Notes under the pieces: model-generated
The model's database searches: none
What the model saw: the letters and a program-made list of their open reading frames with translations, nothing else
Told to the model about the DNA's origin: nothing
DNA from: Guillardia theta CCMP2712
Lineage: Eukaryota; Protista; Cryptophyta
NCBI RefSeq assembly: GCF_000315625.1
Contig: NW_005434596.1
Location: 88,615-152,614, forward strand
Direction of reading: 5' to 3'
Length of the DNA stretch: 64,000 nt
Position numbers and translations under genes: made by a program
Part shown: positions 1-10,375 of the stretch, one piece after another
Layout: each line of letters opens with the position of its first letter
Position numbering within the stretch: position 1 is the first letter of the stretch

Positions 1-394
1 CTCAGTCCACCAGGGACATCGTGGAAAAAGAATTGCACTGACTGTCAGGACCGGAGTCGTATACAAAAGAAAGGAAGAGATCAAAGATATGGACATGAGG
101 ATATGAAAGGAAAACGGTGAAGGTGCCGCGAGGCTCACTCGATCCACCCCTCTGCGCTCGGATTCCTCATGACCTCCTGAGGATATGCAGCGGCGCATGG
201 CGTGCAGTATGGTATGCGGCTCTAGCGGACCCCAGTGAATCTCCGAGTGTCAGGGGAAAATCATATGGTAGGGTGGTGGTATGTTGTCTCCTTATACTGA
301 GCTCACCTCGGCGAGACCCTTACGGCAGCAAGTTCTGCTTACTAGCTTCACCCCCTCACTCAAGGAGGCATTGAAACCTCCGGCACTCGCGGTC

Positions 395-431
395 AAAAAG
401 AATTCTCATGGTGGATTCTACAAAGAATCCA
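395..431 (-). terminator. tRNA 3' trailer hairpin plus Pol III T5 terminator
   Basis: TGGATTCT-TTGT-AGAATCCA hairpin (412-431), followed by TTTTT on the minus strand (395-399). Confidence 0.6.
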
Positions 432-432
432 T

Positions 433-505
433 TGCCCACGACCAGAGTCGAACTGGCGACCTTTCGCTTACAAGGCGAACGCATTAACCACTTTGCTACG
501 AGGGC
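433..505 (-). tRNA. tRNA-Thr(UGU)
   Basis: Reverse complement is GCCCTCGTAGCAAAGTGGTTAATGCGTTCGCCTTGTAAGCGAAAGGTCGCCAGTTCGACTCTGGTCGTGGGCA. It folds as a cloverleaf with anticodon loop CTTGTAA (TGT) and a T-loop GTTCGA. A TATA-like run lies ~25-30 nt upstream and T5 lies downstream. Confidence 0.93.
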
Positions 506-734
506 GATGACAGCAGGAGTTCCTCAATATATATATCCAACGCAGACAATTTGCGAACACAGGGTTGTTTTCATGTTGAACATTTTAATTAGACCTCGTC
601 GACCTACTCTCTGCTGGTGTGTCCGGAAAGATATCTCTCAAGCTCCATGCTCGCGTTGACCTGGACCACAGTCACTACTGATTACGCAAACCTCTCCACT
701 TAGGGAAGATGTGTACGAGATGATGACAAGCAGG

Positions 735-960
735 AGATGGAATGAAGAAGGAGAGGACAGGAGGGGAGGGGAGGGGAGAGCAGGGGAGGGGAGGAGAGGG
801 GAGGACAGGAGAGGAGGGATGAAGGGATGAAGGGATGAAGGGATGAAGGGATGAAGGGATGAAGGGAGATGGATGGATGGATGGTGGGAGGAAGTTTGGG
901 GAGTGAGTGAGTGAGTGAGTGAGTGAGTGAGTGAGTGAGTGAGTGAGTGAGTGAGGGGGA
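735..960. repeat. Compound purine-rich microsatellite: GGGGA-rich, (GGGATGAA)n, (GGAT)n, (GAGT)n
   Basis: Directly visible tandem repeats. Confidence 0.9.
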
Positions 961-1025
961 GAGGATTGAATTGGTCGGCAAAGTGAACATCTTGGACGCG
1001 CTGCTCACTTAGCTTTCTGCAGGAG

Positions 1026-3215
1026 ATGGGGGCTGACGACGACTTCCAGTTGTTGTTGCTGGCGATCTCAGACGAGACTCTCCTCAAGAGTATGGACCTC
1101 TCTGTCGTCTCGAGCGCCAACTCCCTTCAGAAGGTGAAATTCCTCCCGGCAGTCAAGGAGCTCTCTGGTGTACTCCAGGAGGCAGGACTCCGCCCTTCGC
1201 TGGGGTTCAACGTGGGATCAGGAGAGCTCTCGTTCACGTGCCCTGTGTTCTGCGAGGATGTCGCGGAGAGGAGTAGGCTCAGCGTCCTGGTGCTGACCAT
1301 GCTCGGGCTGATGCCGAATCAAAATGCTCTGGAGGAGGCCTTCCTGCAGCGGCAGCATGACGAGGCAGTGTCCTGCGTGCTGGGGGCCCGCAAGTCCTCC
1401 AACCTGGCGAATCTCTGCCTTGAGGTGTTTGCACACAAGACCAACGTCGGGATCTCCCAGAGGAAGGTCTGCGGGAGAAGCAGGACGATCAAGATCGTGG
1501 TGGGGAGTTACCAGGAGCTTTCAGTGGGGAAGGTGAGAAGGGTTTACTCCTACGCCCCCTGCTACTACGATCTGTCTGGATGGTCTGACAACGAGACGCA
1601 TGCGAGGCTGAGGGAGGACACCTCCTGCTCCTTCGCTGAGATCCTGCTCAACGCTAAGACGAAGCTGATAGAGGAGATGATGGAGCACTTCTGGTTGACC
1701 ATGGACAGCTTCCCCTACGTCAGCAGCTCCGAGCTGAGAGTCCAGCTGGGGGAGATCCTCTCCTCTTACCTCTCCTCTGGGATCTCTGACCAGAGCTCTG
1801 GCTTCTTGCCCTCCCAGCAGGAGGCGATGTCTCTCTTCCTCTGCGGCAGCGCCGGGACTGGCAAGTCGACGCTGGTCCAGGCGCTCTCCGTCTCCCTGCA
1901 GTCAACCCTCAACAAGTTCCTTGACCCTGAGAGGAAGGTGAGCATCGTTAAGGTGCCTCTCAACGGCCTCACCCCCGACAGCCTCCGGATGATCTTGTGC
2001 GTTCAAGGGATCTCCGACTGGAGCATCGAGCGCATGCTCGAGCAGGCGATCGCCAAGGGAGGGACCGCAGTGCTGCACCTCGAGGAGGTGCCGGAGGAGC
2101 CGAAGCTGCAGGAGGATCTCTACAAGTGCGTCAGCAGCATGCTTGAAGTCATGATCCGCCGGTATCCCAAGTTCGGAGGGAACTTGATCCATGCCTTCAC
2201 CTCCAACTACCCCCCAGCTGACGCGATCCGAGCCATCTCCAAGGAGCTGGTCATCGTGGCCCCGTCGGGGAGGAAGCAGGAGGAGCACTGCCTGCGCATG
2301 CTGGAGCGAGGGCTGAGGAGGAGGAGCGGGATCCCGCACGTGTCGATGAAGTTGAGCTACGAGCTGCCAGCCATGCTCGACATGCGTCCACTCTTTCAGT
2401 GGTGGACGACCCTGACCTTCCACATCTCCAGCAGCGTCGAGAAGCTCTTAGCCGAGCTCGGGGGGAGCAAGCGAGCGGCTGGACTGGACGGGGACCTGTC
2501 GAGCGACAGCGAGGGGAAGGCAGTGGAGGTTCGACTGCTGGTTTACGTGGGAGACGGGGAGGAGGAGGATAGCCTCTCCGAGGCCCGAGCTGGAGAGGAG
2601 CTGGGGGTGAGCAAGGGGGTGCCTGATGCAGTGGTCGGCAGGACAGAGAGGAGGGAGGTCAAGTTCACAGTCAAGTCGTCCGATGGATTCTTCTTCCTGC
2701 ACACGCAGGATGTGATAGTCGAGCACGCGGATCGGGAGTACAAGAACGCTGCGCTGATTGACATGTGCTCGTCGGGCTTCCTGAAGCCCTGCGTCATCGT
2801 CGTGAAGGGAGGTGGGAAGGGGAAGCAGCTTGACTTTGAGGCAGCTCTTCTCCAGCAGCTGCGCCAGCAGGCAGGGGACGGGGAGGACGTGGCACATACT
2901 AGTGTGGAGCTGAGAAAGGAGAGTGACAAGGAGCAGGTCAACGGGCATCAGTCGCAGATCAGGGGAGGGCTCTTCAAGTTCATCGACGACTGCAACAACC
3001 CCAACAGGAAGTCCAGCAGGATGTGCCTGGTGACGTGTCATGTCAATGAGGTGGGACAGTACATGCTGAGGGAGCTGCTGGAGACTAATGGGGAGTCGCG
3101 GACCCATCGCTATGCCATCCGCAAGGACCGCGTGATGTTCCTGCTACTGGTGGATGAAGAGTCTGCGCTGCAGGAGATGACTCTTTCTCGTGCACATGAC
3201 ATTGTCCAGCTCTAG
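1026..3215 (+). CDS. Tandem AAA+ P-loop ATPase-like protein (one intact and one degenerate module), long single exon; a 5' exon may exist
   Basis: 729-aa ORF with LFLCGSAGTGKST (Walker A), VLHLEE (Walker B-like) and AFTSN (sensor-1-like). The C-terminal half has VIVVKGGGKGK, LRELLE and TLSR. A splice-acceptor-like ctgcag ends at 1022. Confidence 0.7.
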   Translation: MGADDDFQLLLLAISDETLLKSMDLSVVSSANSLQKVKFLPAVKELSGVLQEAGLRPSLGFNVGSGELSFTCPVFCEDVAERSRLSVLVLTMLGLMPNQNALEEAFLQRQHDEAVSCVLGARKSSNLANLCLEVFAHKTNVGISQRKVCGRSRTIKIVVGSYQELSVGKVRRVYSYAPCYYDLSGWSDNETHARLREDTSCSFAEILLNAKTKLIEEMMEHFWLTMDSFPYVSSSELRVQLGEILSSYLSSGISDQSSGFLPSQQEAMSLFLCGSAGTGKSTLVQALSVSLQSTLNKFLDPERKVSIVKVPLNGLTPDSLRMILCVQGISDWSIERMLEQAIAKGGTAVLHLEEVPEEPKLQEDLYKCVSSMLEVMIRRYPKFGGNLIHAFTSNYPPADAIRAISKELVIVAPSGRKQEEHCLRMLERGLRRRSGIPHVSMKLSYELPAMLDMRPLFQWWTTLTFHISSSVEKLLAELGGSKRAAGLDGDLSSDSEGKAVEVRLLVYVGDGEEEDSLSEARAGEELGVSKGVPDAVVGRTERREVKFTVKSSDGFFFLHTQDVIVEHADREYKNAALIDMCSSGFLKPCVIVVKGGGKGKQLDFEAALLQQLRQQAGDGEDVAHTSVELRKESDKEQVNGHQSQIRGGLFKFIDDCNNPNRKSSRMCLVTCHVNEVGQYMLRELLETNGESRTHRYAIRKDRVMFLLLVDEESALQEMTLSRAHDIVQL

Positions 3216-3449
3216 AGTCGTGGAAGATTCTGCCTAGCTGCTTGTTTGACATCTTTTTGTGACTGGTCATGTCTTGTCCTTTCATGTTTGACAGCGGCTG
3301 CAACCGTAACTTCGACGTGACCTTAGCTGTGTCCTGTTGGGCCCGTTCGAAGCTTATGTGCTGACCTCGTTTTAACATTCTTGTAGAGTTACAAGTTACA
3401 ATCTCAACCTTGCACCAAGAATCGAAGTAAAAGTCGACACCCTGCCCGT

Positions 3450-5567
3450 CTACTTCGCCAGCATCTTCTCGCTGATCTCGTGGATAGAGTCGATGAAGGT
3501 CGCAACCTGCACGCACAACCCATCACTCCTCCTCCCACCCATCGTCACCTCCACCAGCTCCTCACCAGCTCGGGGTCTTCCTTCCCCGTCAGCCCCTCTC
3601 CCAAGTTGGCGATCAAGGCCCCGGCTCCCAGCTCCTCCAGCAGCTTCCTAGCTGCCTCCCTCACCTGCTCTCACGTCAACTGCCGTTGCGGGAGAGTAGG
3701 AGCTCTCACCTCTTCCTTGGTTGATGCCCCACGAGCAAGGAGCTTCACGTCGAGGTTCCCCTGCAGAGCAGCAGGAGCTCGAGCGAGATTGGGGGGAGTG
3801 TTCTTGTCTTGCTCTTCAAGTCAGAGAGGGAGGAGGTGAGGGGGAAGGGAGCAGAGAAAGAGGAAGGAGGGTGCACCTGCTGCGAGCTTGAGGGCAGTTC
3901 GCGTCTCCTCCCTCGGGCAAGCTGTGTCCATCGTGACCACATCGTATCCTACTTGCTGCATGCCAAAAGTAAGTAACAGGACTGATCATGGTCGTCCTGC
4001 CCTCCTCCCTCCCGCCCTTGCCCCTGCCCCTGCCCTGCCCCTGCCCCTGCCCCTGCCCCTGCCCTGCCCCTGCCCTTCCCACCTGCAGATCGACGAGGGA
4101 GTAGGTAGCTCCACGCGGGAAGACAAGAAGAGGGACGTTCTGCCAGCACATGAGCAAGGGGCAAGTCGACAGCTCTCCCTCACAGGATGGCGAGCACGCA
4201 GCTCCTTGGCGATCTTCTCCATGCAGGGCATCGCGTACTTGTAGAAACTATCCCTGCTAATGAAGTCGCCCATGGCCTCGAACACCTGATAGACAAATCA
4301 TCTCTTCCCTTCCCATCCCTTTCCTCTCCTCCTCCTCCTCCTCCTCCTCCACACTTCCTCCTCTTCTTCCTCCTCCTCCACGTTATCTCACACCTGCAGC
4401 ATGTCTGCTCCAGCCTCCACCTATCAGCCGTCGAACGTCAGCTTCTCCTTCCACTCGACGCCTCCTCTTTTGACCTGAGCAGACATGTAGTCGATGACGG
4501 TGCTCGTCAAGATGTCAAGCAACTTCTGAGACTCAACAGGGTGTTCCTTCAGCCACCTTCATACCTCCCGTCACTCTCAATCCAGACCCCTATCTCCTTC
4601 TTCCACTTTTCCCCTCCCTCCCTCCCCTCCTCCCTCCGTCTCTTCCCCGTCCCCCTGCTCCTCTCCCTCCTCCACCTACCTCTCTCCGTTCTCTTGGTTC
4701 TTCTTGGAACTTCCACCGACCATGTAGTACATCAACGTCCACGGGGCGGCGCTGAACCCAATCAGAGGAACTTTGCCGTCGAGCTCCTTCTTGATCAGTT
4801 TGACAGCGTCGATGACGTGCGACAGTTTGTCTTTCACATCGATGGACGCAGGAATCCTGGTGGACACCTGCTGGGCGGTGAGGTCCGAAGGAGGGAGGGA
4901 CGGGTATTTCACCTCTGAGGGAGAGGCGAGAGGATGAGGGACAGTGATACCCTTTCCTCCTGGCATCTCCACCTTGATGCCCAGTGCCTCGGCAACAACG
5001 AGGATGTCTGAGAACAGAATGGCAGCGTCCAGGTTGTATCGTCGGATGGGCTGAGGGCAGGGGGTGTGAGCAGCGTCAAGCGTGCGATGATAGTCGCCTG
5101 ACCTGCATGGTACACTCGGCGACATGCTTGGGATCGTCCAGGAGCTGCAGGAAGTTGCACCCTGTCTCCTTCTTGTACGCCTCGTACTCCGGTAGATGCC
5201 TACCTGCCTGCCTGTAATCAAAACCCGTCACAAACGACGGGAGGGGAGAAGAAGGGAGGATGAGAGACCTGAAGAGCCAGACTGGCGTCTTCTCAGCCTT
5301 CTCCCCTCGAGCCACTCGAACCATGAGGTCGTTTCTCAGCTTCGCCGGCGCATGCTGGGCCGCGCTCAGACTCAAGGCTCCCCGACCGACCGACCGAGCA
5401 CGGCACGCCCTCGAGGAGAGAGGGAGCCCAGTGAGGGAGGAGGAGGAGGAGAAGGTAGAGAGACCGGATACGAAGTTCGCTCCTCCTGCTCTCGTCATCG
5501 CGTACCCTTGGACCTCCGCCGCCATCGCCAGCGCTACCGCTATCACGGCCCCCACCGCCATGACCAT
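3450..5567 (-). CDS. hemE: Uroporphyrinogen III decarboxylase, plastid-targeted, multi-exon
   Basis: PVWLF|[32 protein letters not shown] and IANLGEG motifs across exons; last exon [18 protein letters not shown]. The N-terminus is a signal peptide plus Ser-rich transit peptide. Confidence 0.93.
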
Positions 5568-5826
5568 CCTGACAGTCCACCTCCCCCCGCAGACCCATGG
5601 GGTACAAATGGAAGCGACGGAGGGGTGGGTAGACCCATCGTGTGGTCCTGCACCTCTGGGTGGGGTGGTGATGGTTGAAGGGGTACTTTCGCCTTGGAAA
5701 AGAAGGGTTATTAAGGAGTATCCCCGTCCTGGTCGGAAACCTGCGGGGTCTGGTGAATGGGTGGGGTGGGGTGGTTTTAGAGGTGGAAGAATGCAGGCAG
5801 ACTCGCGGCATGTGTTTGTGCTGCGG

Positions 5827-8800
5827 ATGGCGGGAGCGGCGGTGGACGAGAAGGACGAGAGCTCGACGACTACACATCACATCTTAAAGTTCCATCAGAT
5901 GGATGTGAAGGTCCGATCTTTCCCTCCTCCTCCTCCTCCTCCTCTCCCTTCTCGTCCTCTTCCTCGTTCTCTTTAATTTTCGTACCCGGATCTTTCTGGC
6001 CCTCAGCGCCAATGCTCTTCCTTGCGCGATGAGGATGCTGAGATGTGCTGGTTTGATCAGAGCTTGGAGAGCTCGCATGGTCAAGCCTGGCTGTTCAGGA
6101 GAGATCCAGTGCAGGAACTTGCGGACGACAAGAAGAAGAAGAAGAGTTTCATATCGGAGATGCTGTTTGAAAACCGAGTGGTACTTGATTCCTGAACTTT
6201 CAACTGGTCATGGCTGATGGATGAAAATTACAGAGAAGAGAATGGAAACGAAACTGGATGATCGCAGACAGTGAGGACAAGGATTTCGAACATGCTTTCG
6301 AGGCGAGGCAGGAGGCGGATAAGGTGATTTGGGCTGGTTCGACAATTAGACGCTCATCTCTCCGCAGCGATCTTCTCTCAACCAAATCATCAACGCACAA
6401 CTCAACTGCGTTGAGGTGAAGCCGACCAAGGAGTGGTCAACACCAGACAACATTCGCGTGTACTGTCGACAATGGCAGTGGTCGCATGACTGTAATGACC
6501 TGCCTGACAGGAAGGACCTGAACGAGAGGTTCCGAAGGCTCTACTTGTAGCTCAGACGTTCTATGGCGGCACATGTTTGGTCTGATTGTTGCTGTTTGCA
6601 CAGACAATGCAAGACTTTGCTCATCGGACCGGGCACCGACGTGATGTCGAAGAAAGTTCTTTACAGGAAGAAGAACGAGGATGGCAAGGGCTCGGACGGC
6701 TTCGAGTCATTGGAAGTCATGGTCCGTGTGCCCACAAGTAGAGTCCTTGCTGTCTGCGATGTTGCCTGTGCTAATCTCAACCTGCGATGGTCAGAGCACT
6801 TGAAGGTTCTGGACCAGTTGAAGAAGGATGAAGACGACCTAATCAGGATCCTCAAGGTCGGAGAACCTCCTTGCAGTCAGCCAGTGCGCCTCACCTCAAC
6901 ATCTTGCAGGATGAGATGAAGAATGGCTTCGTGGAGGTGCATGGCAACACCTGCTCGTACAAGGTGGGGCTGCGCCGGGGTTGGAAGAGTTTGCGAGAGG
7001 TGACTTGCACTGTCAGATCGAAGAGGAGGGGAAGAAGCAGTACTGTTACTTCTGGCTCGAGGGAGGTGAAGAAAGTGAGGGAAGGAGGCTGGGAAAGTCA
7101 GAAGTTCCGCAGGAGAGACGGTCGATGGGACGAAGGAGCTCCTTGTCAGGCCGGTGAACGGAGACTGGTGAGAGTGCTGCACGTCGTTACGAAGTTCTTG
7201 GCGAGGAGAAGGAAACCGAGGAGGAAGAGAGTAGGAGGAACAAGTTGGTGAAAGAAGAACGAGAGTAGGAGGAAGAGAGGGGAGGAGGAAGAGAGGGGAG
7301 GGAGGAAGAGACGGGAGGGGAAGGAGGAAGAGGTGGGAAGGAGGGAGTGAAGTCAGTGCAGGTGGAACGTGAGAAAGGACGCGACAAGGAGAGGAGTCAA
7401 GGTGGACTCCACAGAAACCAAAGAGACGAACTCTCGCGGAAACAAGGTTGACCCCTCCTTTCCTCTGCTTCACCAGTGGACCCCTGGTTACCCCAGGAAA
7501 CTGTGGAATCTCTCTTCAAGACAGGCAACGCATTGAGGGATCGACTGATGATCAAGGAACCCAGAGGGTCGTCCGGCCGTTGGGGATGTTTGACGTGTTG
7601 GAGCAGACGGAGATGGCGAAGGAGGTTCAAGGCTTCAGACAAGGTGAGGGAGGATGTGGTTGCTTCTGTCTACTCCTCCTCACATCTGACCAGATCACGG
7701 CAACAACAAGAAGACCATCAAGCGCGAGCCTGGTTATGGCAGTGAAGACGTGAGTCGTTTCCTCTCTCTCTTGGGATCCCGCCGGCCCGGCCCGGCCCTC
7801 CGGCCTTCAACTCAGTCTCTTCGTAGGCTCTTAGGCAGCAGTGGCGAGAAGAAAGTCACGAGGCCGACGATGACATGGACTGCCAGTGAGACTTTGACAA
7901 GCAGCCTGTCAAACTTGACACCCTGACCGGCAGACAATGTGGAGACATCGATGACGACGACTATGACATGGCGATGGCGGCAGCAGGCGAGCAGCTGAGA
8001 TACAGCCGAGCTTTCACTGACAGATGCTGACAGGAGACGATCTCTCGTTGAACCCCGAGTATCATCTCAAGCCCGACCCCGGTCAGCTGAGTTTGCGGTG
8101 ATTTCTCAGCTGAAATGTTGACTCTGGGGCAGATGAGGATGTACTGGATGAGCTTGTGAAGCAGCTCAGCGACGAGTCGGAGGAAGAGGAGGAGAACGAG
8201 TTGGTACGAGGGAGGAGGGAGGAGGAGGACGAGGAGGAGGTGGCTCGACTTGATGACCTTGCCCTTGACAGGATGACACTGGGAAGAGGATGGATGGCTT
8301 GCTGAAGGGAAAGAAAATGGTCAGAGATGAAACGAGCAGCCGCTAAACTCTGCGATGCTTGACAGGACATGACAGGACGCGGAGCCGGAAGAAACGAAGG
8401 CGGAGAGCAACAAGGCAGACTCTACGCCTCCTCCAAAACCAACCAAGCAGAAGGTGATGTCTTCCTCCTCCTGCTTGTACTCGTGCACCCTAACCTGCTC
8501 GTGCTCCTCTTGGCCCTCCTACCCCTTACAACTTATTCTCAATCCTCTTCTTCACCGATCTTCCTGACTTTGTTTCCTTCTCTCTCAACAGGCGAACGAG
8601 GGAGTGATAAAGATCAAGAAGGAGGCTGATGCTAACGTGAGCTCTCCTCCTCTCTTGTCCTCCTCCGACCCGCCCCCCTGCAGAAAGACAAGGAGAAGGC
8701 CCCGGAGAAGACGGGCTTGACCCTCAAGATCCGCCAGGACCTCGGCAAGCGCGCTGCTTCCTCCGCTCCCGACTCGGACGCGGCTGCCGGAGCCAAAAGG

Positions 8801-9792
8801 TCAGTCGCCTCCTCGTCTTGCCTGCAGCTCACCGCTCCTCAGGCCGAAGGTCGCCGCCGCCGCTGCCTCATCTGCTCCTGCAGCAGCTCCTGCAGCAGCA
8901 GCTGCTGCTGCAGGTGGAGGAGGGGCGTTCAAGTACACAGAGGATCAGGTAAGAGCTACGAAGGTACTCATTGTTGCTGACGTCACTGACCCCTTTCCCC
9001 TTGTCAGATCCGAGAGACGATCGACAAGGATACGACCATGACGACTAAGAAACTTGTGGCCTCCTCTCCCTGCTTCTTCTTCTCGCTGCTCAGCTCTCCC
9101 CCACCTGATTTGCTCTCTCCCTCTCCCTCTCCCTCTCCCTCTCCCTCTCCCTCTCCCTCTCCCTCTCCCTCTCCCTCTCCCTCTCCCTCTCCCTCTCCCT
9201 CTCCCTCTCCCTCTCCCTGTCCTCTCTTTGTCCTCTCCCTCTCCCTCTCTGCTCACACTCGTCCCCCCCCCTCCCCTTCTTCTAACCTCCTCCCTCATGT
9301 TTTTCTCTCTCAGATCGCGGTATACGATGTCAAGGGCATGTCAAGAGAGGATCAGGTCCCAGCTGAATTTTCCCTTTCACCCCAGCTGACATCCAAGCTG
9401 CAGCAACGCTTCATGAACATTGTGAAGAAAGTTTGTCTCAAGACGCAGAAAGTGGTGAGTATGAGAGATGGAGGAAGAGGGGAGGAGGGGAGGAAGGAAT
9501 TGTGAGATTTGAGGTCGAGGAGTATGGTTGAATGTCGTGTTTGAGTCGGAGGACAAAGAAAGGAGAGCAACAGGATGTGGGAAAGGGAAGCGGGGCGGGA
9601 GACTGAGGGGACAGGTGGAATGAAGAATGGAGGAAGAGAGAAGAGGAGATGAGAGAAGAGTGAAGGAGGAGAGTAGAGGAGGAGAGTGAAGCGAGGATGA
9701 GAGCAGGGCCGGCTCGCTACTTGCTAAAGTTGGCGCAGGTGGAGGACGGGCCTTACAAGGGCCAGCAGATCATTCGAACCAAACAAAAGTAG
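5827..9792 (+). CDS. Probable transcription initiation factor IIF alpha subunit (RAP74/Tfg1-like), many exons
   Basis: N-terminal HHILKFH, long charged and acidic middle, and C-terminal [17 protein letters not shown]...[13 protein letters not shown] resembling the RAP74 winged helix. Exon chain only partly resolved. Confidence 0.45.
9117..9250. repeat. (CTCTCC)n intronic microsatellite
   Basis: Directly visible. Confidence 0.9.
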
Positions 9793-10094
9793 GCGAGGAG
9801 GAGGAGAGGAGAGGGAGGAGGAGGAGAGGAGAGGGAGGAGGAGGAGAGGGTGGTGGTGGCAGAACACGAGCGGTTGCTAGATGATGGCGGGTCATCAGTG
9901 CATACAACAAGTTTCTTTCCTTGTTAGATATGTTACTTAAAACTTCTACTTGAACTAACAACCTTTCCCTCCACCTTTCCTCTCCTCGTCCTCCCCTCCT
10001 CTCCAACTCCTGTCGCCATACCTTCTCACCTTCCTCCAGCTCCTCCCCGTCCAGCCGTCCCTCAACTCGTTCCTCCTCTTCTCCCTCCCCACCT

Positions 10095-10341
10095 TCATCT
10101 CGATCTCCACGCATGCCATCGTTCATCTTCAAGCATCAGTTCAAGTTCGCCGCTGTGCAGCAGTGCCAGCGTCTCGTCGCACCTGCCGACATGTCAGCTA
10201 GCATCTCCTCCTGCACCCACCCACCCGCCGATGAATCTTCCTTTCACAAACACTTGCGGGCTTGTTCGATGCCCTGAGACAAATCATCATCGTACAATTC
10301 CTCCTCCTCCTCCTCCTCCTCCTCCTCCTCCTCCTCCTCCT

Positions 10342-10375
<34 letters not shown>

